Positions 1 through 7,771 of a stretch of DNA of 64,000 nucleotides are shown in pieces (the stretch's first letter is position 1; each line of letters begins with the position of its first letter). The notes below the pieces were generated by a model. The model was not told the DNA's origin, did not search any database, and saw only the letters and a program-made list of their open reading frames with translations. Source of the stretch: Eubacteriales bacterium (GTDB lineage: Bacteria; Bacillota; Clostridia; Christensenellales; CAG-917); NCBI GenBank assembly GCA_035449045.1, contig DAOTKC010000002.1:30192-94191 (forward strand), read 5' to 3'. Both the position numbers and the translations under genes were made by a program.

Positions 1-758
1 ACGAAATGCTGCTCTCGGGCGCGGGCGAACCCCACCTCGAGGTTCTCAATAAAAAGCTCAAGAACAAGTTTGGCTGCGAGGCCGAGCTCCGCGAGCCCAA
101 GATAGCCTACAAGGAAACCATCCGCTCGACGGTGGAAGCCGAAGGCAAGCATAAGAAGCAATCGGGCGGCGCCGGCCAGTTCGGCCAGTGCATGATCCGC
201 TTCGAGCCGGGCGCGGCCGACGGCGTGTTCGAGTTCGTCGACGCCGTAGTCGGCGGCGCGGTGCCCAAGCAGTTCATTCCCGCCGTCGAAAAGGGACTTC
301 GCGAAGCAATAAAGCGCGGCGTGCTCGCCGGCTATCCCATGGTCAACCTCAAGGCGACGCTGTTCGACGGCAAATATCATCCCGTCGACTCCAAGGAAAT
401 CGCCTTCATCAAGGCGGCCGAGCTTTCCTACGCCGAGGGCTGCGCCAAGGCCAACCCCTACTTCCTCGAGCCCATCATGGAAGTTTCCGTCACCGTTCCC
501 GACTCCTTCCAAGGCGCCATCATGGGCGATATGAACAAGCGCCGCGGCAGAATACTCGGCACCGACAACGTAAACGGCAAGAGCATAGTGACCGCCGAAG
601 TGCCCAAGGCCGAGCTCGCCAAATACGCCACCGATTTAAGAAGCATGACGCAGGGCAGGGGCAAGTTCACGCTCAAGTTCTTGCGCTATGAGGAAGTTCC
701 CTTCCAAATCGCCCAAAAGATTATCGAGGACGCCAAGAAGAACGCTAAGCAGGAATAA
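1..758 (+). CDS. fusA: Elongation factor G family GTPase, C-terminal ~250 aa (5' end outside window)
   Basis: The frame is open to the window edge. The translation matches EF-G domains III-V (KHKKQSGGAGQFG, LAGYPMVNLKATLFDGKYHPVDS, LEPIMEVSVTVP, GDMNKRRGRILG, YATDLRSMTQGRG). It may be a second EF-G paralogue rather than the housekeeping copy. Confidence 0.85.
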   Translation, partial: EMLLSGAGEPHLEVLNKKLKNKFGCEAELREPKIAYKETIRSTVEAEGKHKKQSGGAGQFGQCMIRFEPGAADGVFEFVDAVVGGAVPKQFIPAVEKGLREAIKRGVLAGYPMVNLKATLFDGKYHPVDSKEIAFIKAAELSYAEGCAKANPYFLEPIMEVSVTVPDSFQGAIMGDMNKRRGRILGTDNVNGKSIVTAEVPKAELAKYATDLRSMTQGRGKFTLKFLRYEEVPFQIAQKIIEDAKKNAKQE

Positions 759-781
759 CCTAAAGAAAGAGTTTGATTTTG

Positions 782-810
782 AAAAGCGGATTTAGTTAAT
801 CCGCTTTTTT
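782..810 (+). terminator. Intrinsic terminator after the EF-G gene
   Basis: Inverted repeat GCGGATT (786-792) / AATCCGC (798-804) followed by a T6 run. Confidence 0.8.
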
Positions 811-825
811 ATTTACTGATAAAAT

Positions 826-916
826 TGCAGCTAAAAATGATAGCTAAAAAATGATAGCTAAAAAATTTCAGATAAAAAATACAGCAAAAAAACAGCTAAT
901 AAATACAGCTAAAAAA
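826..916. repeat. Degenerate 13-14 bp A-rich tandem array (about 7 units, core CAGCTAAAAAAT)
   Basis: Read directly: tgcagctaaaaatga / tagctaaaaaatga / tagctaaaaaattt / cagataaaaaat / acagcaaaaaaa / cagctaataaat / acagctaaaaaatg. The array ends 6 nt upstream of a -35 box. Confidence 0.7.
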
Positions 917-921
917 TGCCC

Positions 922-950
922 TTGCCGACACGGCGTTTTTTTGGTATAAT
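922..950 (+). promoter_or_regulatory. Sigma-A-type promoter, extended -10
   Basis: TTGCCG (922-927), 17-nt spacer, TGgTATAAT (942-950). It lies about 60 nt upstream of the metallophosphoesterase start. Confidence 0.65.
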
Positions 951-1009
951 TTTTTTATGAAAATCTAATCGGCTCCCACAAAAGAGCCGATATAAAAAGG
1001 GTGGCTTTT

Positions 1010-2326
1010 ATGAGGAAACAAAAAAGAGCGGCAATCCGCGAGATGGGCTACGACGAATACGAACATTACCTTAAGACAAGACGCCGCCGCCGCTGGATTA
1101 AGTTCGCCGCCGTAGTCGGCGCCCTCGTTTTTATTTTCGGCACCTTCGCCGTCGTCAACGTCTTCGGCAACCGCGCCAACACCAAGATGGCGGAGTCTAT
1201 CGCCGCCGTGACGAAACAGGACGCGCTTGAACCCGTTTGGGACGCCGAAGCATCCCACTGGGTGTTCACGACCGACCGCGAATTCAAGGTTTTACAGCTG
1301 ACCGATATACATATCGGCGGCGGGTTCATGAGCTTTAAAAAGGACTATATGGCGCTCAACGCCGTCGCGCTCATGATTACCGCAGAGCGGCCCGACCTCG
1401 TCATTGTGACGGGCGACATCGCCTATCCCGTGCCCTTCCAGTCGGGCTCCTTCAACAATCTCGCCGCAACCAAGGTCTTTGCCTCGCTGATGCAAAGCCT
1501 CGGCGTCTATTGGACGGTGGCGCTCGGCAACCACGACGCCGAAGCTTACAGCTACTATACGCGCGACAAAATCGCCGAATATTACGCAAGCGGGCTGGAC
1601 TACTGCCTGTTTACGCGCGGACCTGCCGATATCGCGGGCGAGGGCAACCAAGTCATCGAGGTCAGGAACTCTCAAGGGCTCATCACTCGCTCCTTCTTCG
1701 TGTTTGACTCGCATTCCTACACCGACGGCGATATTCTCGGCGTTCAATGGAAATACGACAACATAAAGCAGAGCCAAGTCGATTGGTATAGCGCCGAAGT
1801 CGGCAAGATGAACGCCAAAAACGCCGCCGTCCTCGGCACACTCAACGACGCCGACTTAACCGCGAAATTCTCGACGGTAAAAAGTCTTGCCTTTTTCCAT
1901 ATTCCCCTTGTCGAAATGCTTGATGCGTGGCAGGAATATAAAAACAACGGCTCGCAAGATACCGCCGATGTCAAGTTCATTTACGGCGTGGCGGGCGAGT
2001 CCAAAAAGACGGTGTTCTGCGGCATCGGCGAAGACGAGCTGTTCGAAACCATTCTGGAGCTTGAGAGCACTCAAGGACTCTTCTTCGGCCACGACCACCT
2101 AAACAATTTCTCGCTTGAGTATAAGGGAATCCGCATGACTTACAGCCCCAGCATCGACTATCTTGCCTATTTCGGCATCCAAAAACTCGGCTCCCAGCGC
2201 GGTTGCACCGTCATCACATCATCCCCGAACGGTTCGTGGAGCTGCAAGGCCGAAAACTACTATCAGGACAAATACTGGTCGCCCGACTATGAGAAAGAAA
2301 AAGTCGAAATGCAATGGGCAAACTAA
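1010..2326 (+). CDS. Membrane-anchored calcineurin-like metallophosphoesterase
   Basis: Motifs LTDIHIGGG, VTGDIAYP, GNHDAE, FFHIPL and GHDHLNN, with an N-terminal TM helix. I chose ATG 1010 (RBS AAAGGG about 9 nt upstream) over the ORF-track GTG 1001. Confidence 0.85.
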   Translation: MRKQKRAAIREMGYDEYEHYLKTRRRRRWIKFAAVVGALVFIFGTFAVVNVFGNRANTKMAESIAAVTKQDALEPVWDAEASHWVFTTDREFKVLQLTDIHIGGGFMSFKKDYMALNAVALMITAERPDLVIVTGDIAYPVPFQSGSFNNLAATKVFASLMQSLGVYWTVALGNHDAEAYSYYTRDKIAEYYASGLDYCLFTRGPADIAGEGNQVIEVRNSQGLITRSFFVFDSHSYTDGDILGVQWKYDNIKQSQVDWYSAEVGKMNAKNAAVLGTLNDADLTAKFSTVKSLAFFHIPLVEMLDAWQEYKNNGSQDTADVKFIYGVAGESKKTVFCGIGEDELFETILELESTQGLFFGHDHLNNFSLEYKGIRMTYSPSIDYLAYFGIQKLGSQRGCTVITSSPNGSWSCKAENYYQDKYWSPDYEKEKVEMQWAN

Positions 2327-2351
2327 ACGATATACCTAAATCATAATAAAC

Positions 2352-2390
2352 AAAAAAACAGCCGCCGAAAACCTCGGCGGCTTTATTTTA
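2352..2390. terminator. Bidirectional intrinsic terminator between convergent genes
   Basis: GCCGCCGA (2361-2368) / TCGGCGGC (2374-2381), with an A-run upstream and a T-run downstream. Confidence 0.75.
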
Positions 2391-2429
2391 ATTTTTGCGC
2401 GGATTTTTGGAGTAATCGGCGGGTGTAAG

Positions 2430-2729
2430 CTAAACACCGAAGCTGGAGAGGTCGACGGTGCCGTCGTCGCGGACGGTGACGCCTTCGGCTTCCAAAAGCT
2501 TGCGCTGGATACCCGCTCCGCCGAAAGCGAACTTGGGAGCGAGGCCGCCGAAGCGGTTGACTATGCGGTGGCAGGGAATGACGCCCGGCTCGGGGTTTAA
2601 GTGGAGGGCGTAGCCGACGGCGCGCGACGCCTTGGGGCTTCCGCACATCGCCGCTATTTGGCCGTAGGTAGCCACTCTCCCTTTGGGAACTTTTTTTACC
2701 GCATTATATACCAAATCGTAAAATGACAT
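2430..2729 (-). CDS. MGMT-family protein, stand-alone methylated-DNA-protein-cysteine methyltransferase DNA-binding domain (99 aa)
   Basis: VPKGRVATYGQIA helix-turn-helix-like segment, and a PCHRIV motif that retains the acceptor cysteine. Confidence 0.8.
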   Translation of the reverse strand: MSFYDLVYNAVKKVPKGRVATYGQIAAMCGSPKASRAVGYALHLNPEPGVIPCHRIVNRFGGLAPKFAFGGAGIQRKLLEAEGVTVRDDGTVDLSSFGV

Positions 2730-2796
2730 TTTTTACCGCTTAAATTATTGTGTCGACAACCGCAGTTTTAATGCGAAGAACCAACAAACAGGGAGA

Positions 2797-3732
2797 CTAG
2801 TTATTGTTGGTTTTGCGCCAGTTGATGGTGCCGTCGGGATAGATATAGCCCCATCGGCCGTCCAGTTTAACGCGCGCCTTGCCGTCCTCAAACGCCGTCG
2901 CGGCCTCAAATTGGCAGGGAATGACGAGCTCGTTGTTTTTATTGATATAGCCGCACTTATTGTTCTCGACGATCATGGCAAGCCCTTCCGAAAAGCTCAT
3001 CGCGGTGTCGTAGGTGCAGGGGATGACCAAATGATTGTCTCGGTCGATGAATCCGCATTTTTCCTCGCGCTCGACGCACGCCAGCCCCTCTTTGAAAAGC
3101 CAGACCTCGTCGTATTCGGGCGGGACGACGACTTTGAGGCCGTCGAAAAAGCCCCATTTGCCGCCGCGGCAGTATTTTTGCCATTCCTCGAGGGGAAGCG
3201 GCTCCTTCAATGGCGCGGGCGCGGGGCGTTTTAAGTCCTTTGCGGGCGCGCTTTTGACGCCGCCCTTATTGGGCATATCGTCCTGCCGCCTTTGCGGCTC
3301 TGTGTCGGCCAAATCGAGACCGATGCGGTTGAGCGCCGCCTTTATCTCGAGAAGATTGCGCTTGCCGAGGTTTTGGACGCGATACATGTCCTTTTCGGTG
3401 CGGCGGAGAAGGTCTCCGATAATTTTAATATTATTGGATAGGAGTAACCTTTCGGTAGATTCCGAAAGTTTGAGTTCGGCAATCGGCGTGGTGTTTTCCG
3501 CTCTTCTTTCGGGCGCCCTTTGGCTTTGTGGCGCGGGACGCTGTGGCGGCTGTCCGCGATTGGGCTGATAAGGGGGCTTTGCGCTCTGCGGCCGCCCGCC
3601 TTGCGTGGCTTTGGCGCCGTTTTGCGAATCGTTGTTTTGGCGCTCCGCAGTTTGGCCTTTGGCGGGGGCGTTTCCGGGTCGATGCGGCCTCGGCCGCTTG
3701 TTTCTTCTGTCGTCGTTATTTCCCATATGCAC
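2797..3732 (-). CDS. RNA polymerase alpha C-terminal-domain-like HhH protein fused to WG (KWG) repeats, with a disordered basic/Pro-Gln-rich N-terminus
   Basis: The central segment ELKLSESTERLLLSNNIKIIGDLLRRTEKDMYRVQNLGKRNLLEIKAALNRIGLDL fits the alphaCTD pattern. The C-terminus carries repeated (K/R)(W/C)G(F/Y)I..(D/N)....(V/I)P..(Y/F) WG-repeat units. The start is GTG 3732 or ATG 3726, and no clear SD is present. Confidence 0.7.
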   Translation of the reverse strand: MHMGNNDDRRNKRPRPHRPGNAPAKGQTAERQNNDSQNGAKATQGGRPQSAKPPYQPNRGQPPQRPAPQSQRAPERRAENTTPIAELKLSESTERLLLSNNIKIIGDLLRRTEKDMYRVQNLGKRNLLEIKAALNRIGLDLADTEPQRRQDDMPNKGGVKSAPAKDLKRPAPAPLKEPLPLEEWQKYCRGGKWGFFDGLKVVVPPEYDEVWLFKEGLACVEREEKCGFIDRDNHLVIPCTYDTAMSFSEGLAMIVENNKCGYINKNNELVIPCQFEAATAFEDGKARVKLDGRWGYIYPDGTINWRKTNNN

Positions 3733-3954
3733 TATATTTTAACACATCAAGGTCGACTTTACAACCTTCGGCGGGATTTTTCAAGTTCCGAAAAAATGAT
3801 TTTTTACCTAAATCCGATTTACTCAAACTATTTGCTTTTATTTCTAGCCGGAAAGGCGCAGGGTAAAAAACGATAATCCCCTTCTTGCCTCAATGCAAAA
3901 AAATAACGATGAAATTAAAAAATTTGCCAATCCCAAAAAACGAGGGTATTTTTG

Positions 3955-3983
3955 TTGCATATTTTCTTTGTATTCGCTATAAT
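3955..3983 (+). promoter_or_regulatory. Sigma-A-type promoter of tRNA-Pro
   Basis: TTGCAT (3955-3960), 17-nt spacer, TATAAT (3978-3983). It ends 18 nt upstream of the tRNA 5' end. Confidence 0.75.
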
Positions 3984-4000
3984 ATGCCATTGTAAAACGG

Positions 4001-4077
4001 CTGGGTGTGGCGCAGCTTGGTAGCGCGCTTGAATGGGGTTCAAGAGGCCGGAAGTTCAAATCTTCTCACCCAGACCA
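4001..4077 (+). tRNA. tRNA-Pro (anticodon GGG), CCA encoded
   Basis: Hand-folded cloverleaf. Acceptor CTGGGTG/CACCCAG, D-stem GCGC/GCGC, anticodon stem CTTGA/TCAAG with loop AT-GGG-GT (G37 typical of tRNA-Pro), T-arm GGAAG-TTCAAAT-CTTCT, then discriminator A plus CCA. Confidence 0.9.
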
Positions 4078-4098
4078 ATAACCACTATTTTTAGGGAG

Positions 4099-4127
4099 AA
4101 ACGAGGGATTTTACGCCTCGTTTTTTC
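4099..4127 (+). terminator. Intrinsic terminator after tRNA-Pro
   Basis: ACGAGG (4101-4106) / CCTCGT (4116-4121) followed by T6. Confidence 0.75.
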
Positions 4128-4149
4128 CGTTTTCAGTGATAGTTTTTAG

Positions 4150-4263
4150 GGATTTATGCATTTTGGGCTATTTTTAGGCTGCACTTTTAGGTTGCACTTT
4201 TAGGCTGCACTTTAGGCTGCACTTTTAGGCTGCACTTTAGGCTGCACTTTAGGTTACAATTGT
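4150..4263. repeat. Tandem 12-13 bp array AGGCTGCACTTT(T), six well-conserved units plus degenerate flanking units
   Basis: Units start at 4176, 4189, 4202, 4214, 4227 and 4239, with degenerate units at 4150-4175 and 4251-4263. The units are contiguous, with no spacers. Confidence 0.9.
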
Positions 4264-4296
4264 AAAATGGTTTTCTTTTACGTGACTTAATTAAGA

Positions 4297-4325
4297 TTGA
4301 CTATCGGCGCGGCTTAATTTATAAT
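4297..4325 (+). promoter_or_regulatory. Sigma-A-type promoter of the first GPH transporter gene
   Basis: TTGACT (4297-4302), 17-nt spacer, TATAAT (4320-4325). The ATG at 4340 lies only about 15 nt downstream and has no SD, so the mRNA would be nearly leaderless. Confidence 0.7.
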
Positions 4326-4339
4326 TGATTTAATCAGAC

Positions 4340-5950
4340 ATGGAACGCGGCGCAATTAAAAATCGCATTAAAAAGCTCGCCTCGATGTGGTCTACGCCTC
4401 CTGCGGGGCGTTTTTTGACTATTAAGGAAACTTTGTTCTACAGCTTGAGCGGGTTGGGCGTCAGCTTCTTAATCACTTCCGTCAATTTTGTTTCCACCTA
4501 TATCTACATCCCTTACTTTTTCAAAATCGCGGCGATACACGGCTATGCCATAGTTGCGGCGGGTTCGCTCGCCAGCATGTTGCTTCAGCCGATATTCGGG
4601 CGGCTTATGGACCGAGCGGGCGGCAAGCTCGGCAAATATAAACCCTTTATTTTGTTCGTATCGCCTGCCGCCGCGCTGTTCGGCGTCATGGCGACATGGC
4701 TTCCCCAGTTCGCCGAGGAATCCGGACGCGTCGCCTTTGCATATATCTCGTGCGTTCCCGCGCTGGCGCTGATGCCGTTCATCAACAATATGTTCTACAC
4801 CATGCCCTCCGTCATCACGCCGGTAGCGCAGGAGCGTTCCGACATCATGCTTCCCGCCGGCCTGATTTATGGCTTTGCGCCCACCATATTAAATATAATC
4901 GTGCCTTTACTTAGAAGCAGTTTCATCGGCCGAGAATACCTGGTAATCCGCGTCACAGGAATAATCAGCATCGCCATTTCGCTCGTCATGATTATGTTCA
5001 TCATGAAGACGAAAGAGCGCGTCTACGTCACCGAAACCAAAGAAAAGCTCAAGGTGCGCGACGCCATGAAGCTGGTTTTGAAAAACAAGCCGCTCCTCAT
5101 TCTCTGCGTTGCTCTGATTGTGGGCTGCGCGCGCGACGTCGGCAACGCTTTCTTTTATTTCGTCATGCAGTTCCGCTTCGGCGCCACGACGGCGGAGGGG
5201 CTTAAGCTTTCCGGCCTCATCATCACCTTGGCGAGCTCGTCCTCGCTAGTCGGCATGGTGACGATGCCGCTTTTGACGAGAAAACTCAACAACAAAACGC
5301 TCATGATAATTTGGCTGATGTTCGGCGCGCTTTCCTACGGCGCCTCCGCTATCATCGGCTATCAGAATATCGAAATCGGGCTCACCAGCATTTTGGTGCT
5401 CACTCCGCTTCGCTTCGCCGCTTCGATATCGGCGATTCACCTCATGGTTCCCATCATGGTCGGCGAGGCCTGCGACTATCAGCAGTGGAAGACGGGTAAG
5501 CGGCTGGAGGGCTACGTTCACATCTTTGCCTATTCGATACCCGCCATAGTCGGACAGGGCGCATTTATCCTAATCGGGCTATTGCAGAGCAAAATGGGCT
5601 TCGAGCCCAAAAACTACGAGGGCGTTTTAGTGCTTTCCGAGGCTATGCAGCTGACGGCGGCGCGCTGGTTCAACGCCGTGGGGCTGATTACCGCGGCAAG
5701 CTCGCTGCTCATGGCCCTCGTTTTTCTGTTCTATCCCTTGACCGGGAAAAAGCACGCCGCCATCATGGAGGAAATAAAATCCCGCGCCGAGCTCTTTTCG
5801 GCGGAGAATGGCGATTTTGCCGTCCCGGATTCCGCCGCTTCGGAGAATCCCACTATTCAAGAGGAGTCGGCCGCCGAAAAGATTGCCGAGCTTGATACGT
5901 TTGCCCCCGAAGCCGCTTTGGAGGCCGACGCCATTATCAAGGCCGATTGA
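4340..5950 (+). CDS. Glycoside-pentoside-hexuronide (GPH)/MFS-type sugar:cation symporter
   Basis: 536 aa with about 12 predicted TM segments and a GPH-like N-terminus (KETLFYSLSGLGVSF...). It sits next to sugar-acid catabolic genes. Confidence 0.75.
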   Translation: MERGAIKNRIKKLASMWSTPPAGRFLTIKETLFYSLSGLGVSFLITSVNFVSTYIYIPYFFKIAAIHGYAIVAAGSLASMLLQPIFGRLMDRAGGKLGKYKPFILFVSPAAALFGVMATWLPQFAEESGRVAFAYISCVPALALMPFINNMFYTMPSVITPVAQERSDIMLPAGLIYGFAPTILNIIVPLLRSSFIGREYLVIRVTGIISIAISLVMIMFIMKTKERVYVTETKEKLKVRDAMKLVLKNKPLLILCVALIVGCARDVGNAFFYFVMQFRFGATTAEGLKLSGLIITLASSSSLVGMVTMPLLTRKLNNKTLMIIWLMFGALSYGASAIIGYQNIEIGLTSILVLTPLRFAASISAIHLMVPIMVGEACDYQQWKTGKRLEGYVHIFAYSIPAIVGQGAFILIGLLQSKMGFEPKNYEGVLVLSEAMQLTAARWFNAVGLITAASSLLMALVFLFYPLTGKKHAAIMEEIKSRAELFSAENGDFAVPDSAASENPTIQEESAAEKIAELDTFAPEAALEADAIIKAD

Positions 5951-6016
5951 GCGGTTTAATATTCATTGGGAAACATTATTTACCAACCGCAAAACTAATC
6001 TAAAAAATTATTCTGA

Positions 6017-6045
6017 TTGACACTTAGATTATAGTAAAATATAAT
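6017..6045 (+). promoter_or_regulatory. Consensus sigma-A promoter
   Basis: TTGACA (6017-6022), 17-nt spacer, TATAAT (6040-6045). It is followed by RBS AGGAGGGAG and the ATG at 6082. Confidence 0.8.
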
Positions 6046-6081
6046 ATTTGTAGCGTAAAGCTAAAAAGGAGGGAGAGATAA

Positions 6082-7041
6082 ATGAAGTTTCTGTTTAAAT
6101 TTTTAATCGGAATCGTCGTTTTTATCGTCATAATCGTTATTGCGGGGGTTATTTTAATTAATTTGACGCCTGCACAGGTGGGCATTGCCGACGTCGAGCT
6201 CTTCGAGGGCAAGACTATAAGGGACATAGGGCTCGCCGATGTGAAATTCATCGAAATGTATAAGTTTTTCCGTTCCCTCCTAAAGCCCGACGAATCCAAG
6301 ATTGTTAAAAACGGATACGATGCCGAGAGCGAGACACCCAAAGCGGAAGAAAACCTGGGAGGAAGCAGCATCGACGAGGGCGGCACGATTAACTATGCCG
6401 CCGTGCTTAGCGGCGAGGTTACTTACGACCAAAAATATCTTCTGACCTACGACGACACCACGCTCGCCTGCATTCTGCATCTCATGATTGGCGACGCCGA
6501 GGATGCAACCGACAACGAGGGCGTGAAATTTTTGAGGGACATAGATGCCGACTGCGAGGAGATTTCCATCACTAAAAGCGAGGGCAAAAATCTTCTCCGC
6601 ATCGTGGTATCCGTCAATTTATCGGAGATGAAGAGCGATGTTGAGGCTCAGCTCGGCAGCATGGCGAGTTTTGTTTCGCTGCCCGACAAGATCTATCTCG
6701 TCAGCTATCAGGAGATCACGGTCACGAACGAAGGGCTGATTGTCTGCACATCCAAAGACCTCAGGATTAACGACATGGACAACGCAGTGGCGAACGCCAT
6801 CTTCTCGGTGCTGGCGTCTAAGGCGGGCGAAAGCGGCGAGGGCGGCGACGTTGCCGTAATCAACCAAAAAGTAGGCGAGGCGTTCGCCGAAATCGTCAAA
6901 AACCTCGGCAAGGTTGGCACCGCCGACGCCGACGAAACCACCTTGGTAATCTCCGACCTCAGCAGCATCGCCTACGGCGCCGCCGGCGTTTTAGAGCATA
7001 AGCTGATGCTCGTTACCTACATCGAGTCGGATATCGCATAA
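6082..7041 (+). CDS. Hypothetical membrane-anchored acidic protein (319 aa)
   Basis: Strong RBS, one N-terminal TM helix (FLIGIVVFIVIIVIAGVILI) and an acidic extracytoplasmic part. I recognise no family. Confidence 0.75.
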   Translation: MKFLFKFLIGIVVFIVIIVIAGVILINLTPAQVGIADVELFEGKTIRDIGLADVKFIEMYKFFRSLLKPDESKIVKNGYDAESETPKAEENLGGSSIDEGGTINYAAVLSGEVTYDQKYLLTYDDTTLACILHLMIGDAEDATDNEGVKFLRDIDADCEEISITKSEGKNLLRIVVSVNLSEMKSDVEAQLGSMASFVSLPDKIYLVSYQEITVTNEGLIVCTSKDLRINDMDNAVANAIFSVLASKAGESGEGGDVAVINQKVGEAFAEIVKNLGKVGTADADETTLVISDLSSIAYGAAGVLEHKLMLVTYIESDIA

Positions 7042-7067
7042 TTTATTAATAAACCATAAAAGAGCGG

Positions 7068-7114
7068 AATCGCGGTTTTATCGCATAATATTGCGCGATA
7101 AAGCCGCGATTTTA
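7068..7114 (+). terminator. 17-bp-stem hairpin plus T4: intra-operon terminator/attenuator or processing site upstream of eda
   Basis: AATCGCGGTTTTATCGC (7068-7084) pairs with GCGATAAAGCCGCGATT (7095-7111), 16 Watson-Crick pairs plus one G-U, around a 10-nt loop, then TTTT. Only about 25 nt remain before the eda ATG and no promoter fits in between. Confidence 0.6.
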
Positions 7115-7138
7115 GCAATAAACCGCTTAGGAAAACCG

Positions 7139-7771
7139 ATGGAGAAAGCAATAAAAAAAATCGGCGAGGAGAAAATCGTCCCCGTTCTGGTGTTTGAAAA
7201 CGAGAGCGAAGCGCTCCCCACTCTTGAAGCCATTTTTTCGGGCGGTATCGGCGTCGCCGAAATAACGATGAGGACAAAGGCCGCCGCCGCCGCGATTGAA
7301 AAGGCCGCCCGGGCTTTTCCCGATATGTTAATCGGCGCGGGCACGGTGACGACAAAAGAGGCCGCAAAGAATGCGCTTGCGGCAGGCGCCAAGTTTTTGG
7401 TAAGCCCGGGATTTTCCTTGTCGGTATTTGAAGAAGCGAAAAGGAACGGCGTTCTCTATATTCCGGGCTGTCTCACACCGACCGAAATAGGCGCGGCCGT
7501 CGAGCTTGGGTTAAGCGTATTGAAATTTTTTCCCGCCGAGGCTTTTGGCGGCATAAAAACGCTCAAGGCATTTGCCTCGGTGTTCCCCTTCGTCCGCTTT
7601 ATGCCGACGGGCGGCATCGGCTTTTCTAATTTGACGGAATATCTTTCGCAAAAAAACGTTCTGGCGTGCGGCGGGAGCTTTATTTGCGAACGCGCCAAAA
7701 TTTCGGAAAACAAATTCTCGGAAATCACCGAACTTACGAAGAAAACCAAGGAGTTGGTTAAAAGCTTATGA
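7139..7771 (+). CDS. eda: 2-dehydro-3-deoxy-phosphogluconate (KDPG) / 4-hydroxy-2-oxoglutarate aldolase
   Basis: Motifs GIGVAEITMRT, GAGTV, FLVSPG, IPGCLTPTE, LKFFPA and MPTGGI. I chose ATG 7139 (RBS AGGAAAA) because the ORF-track TTG 7091 lies inside the upstream hairpin. Confidence 0.9.
   Translation: MEKAIKKIGEEKIVPVLVFENESEALPTLEAIFSGGIGVAEITMRTKAAAAAIEKAARAFPDMLIGAGTVTTKEAAKNALAAGAKFLVSPGFSLSVFEEAKRNGVLYIPGCLTPTEIGAAVELGLSVLKFFPAEAFGGIKTLKAFASVFPFVRFMPTGGIGFSNLTEYLSQKNVLACGGSFICERAKISENKFSEITELTKKTKELVKSL

Noticed and set aside
188-691. 167-aa Arg-rich alternative-frame ORF inside the EF-G gene
   Set aside because: Extreme Arg/Gly/Gln composition typical of an off-frame reading of a GC-rich gene. 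EF-G motifs unambiguously define the real frame.
3844-4059. 71-aa minus-strand ORF
   Set aside because: It overlaps the tRNA-Pro gene and its promoter on the opposite strand, and has no RBS.
4176-4250. Possible CRISPR array
   Set aside because: The units are only 12-13 bp and directly abut one another, with no spacers. No cas genes are present in the window.
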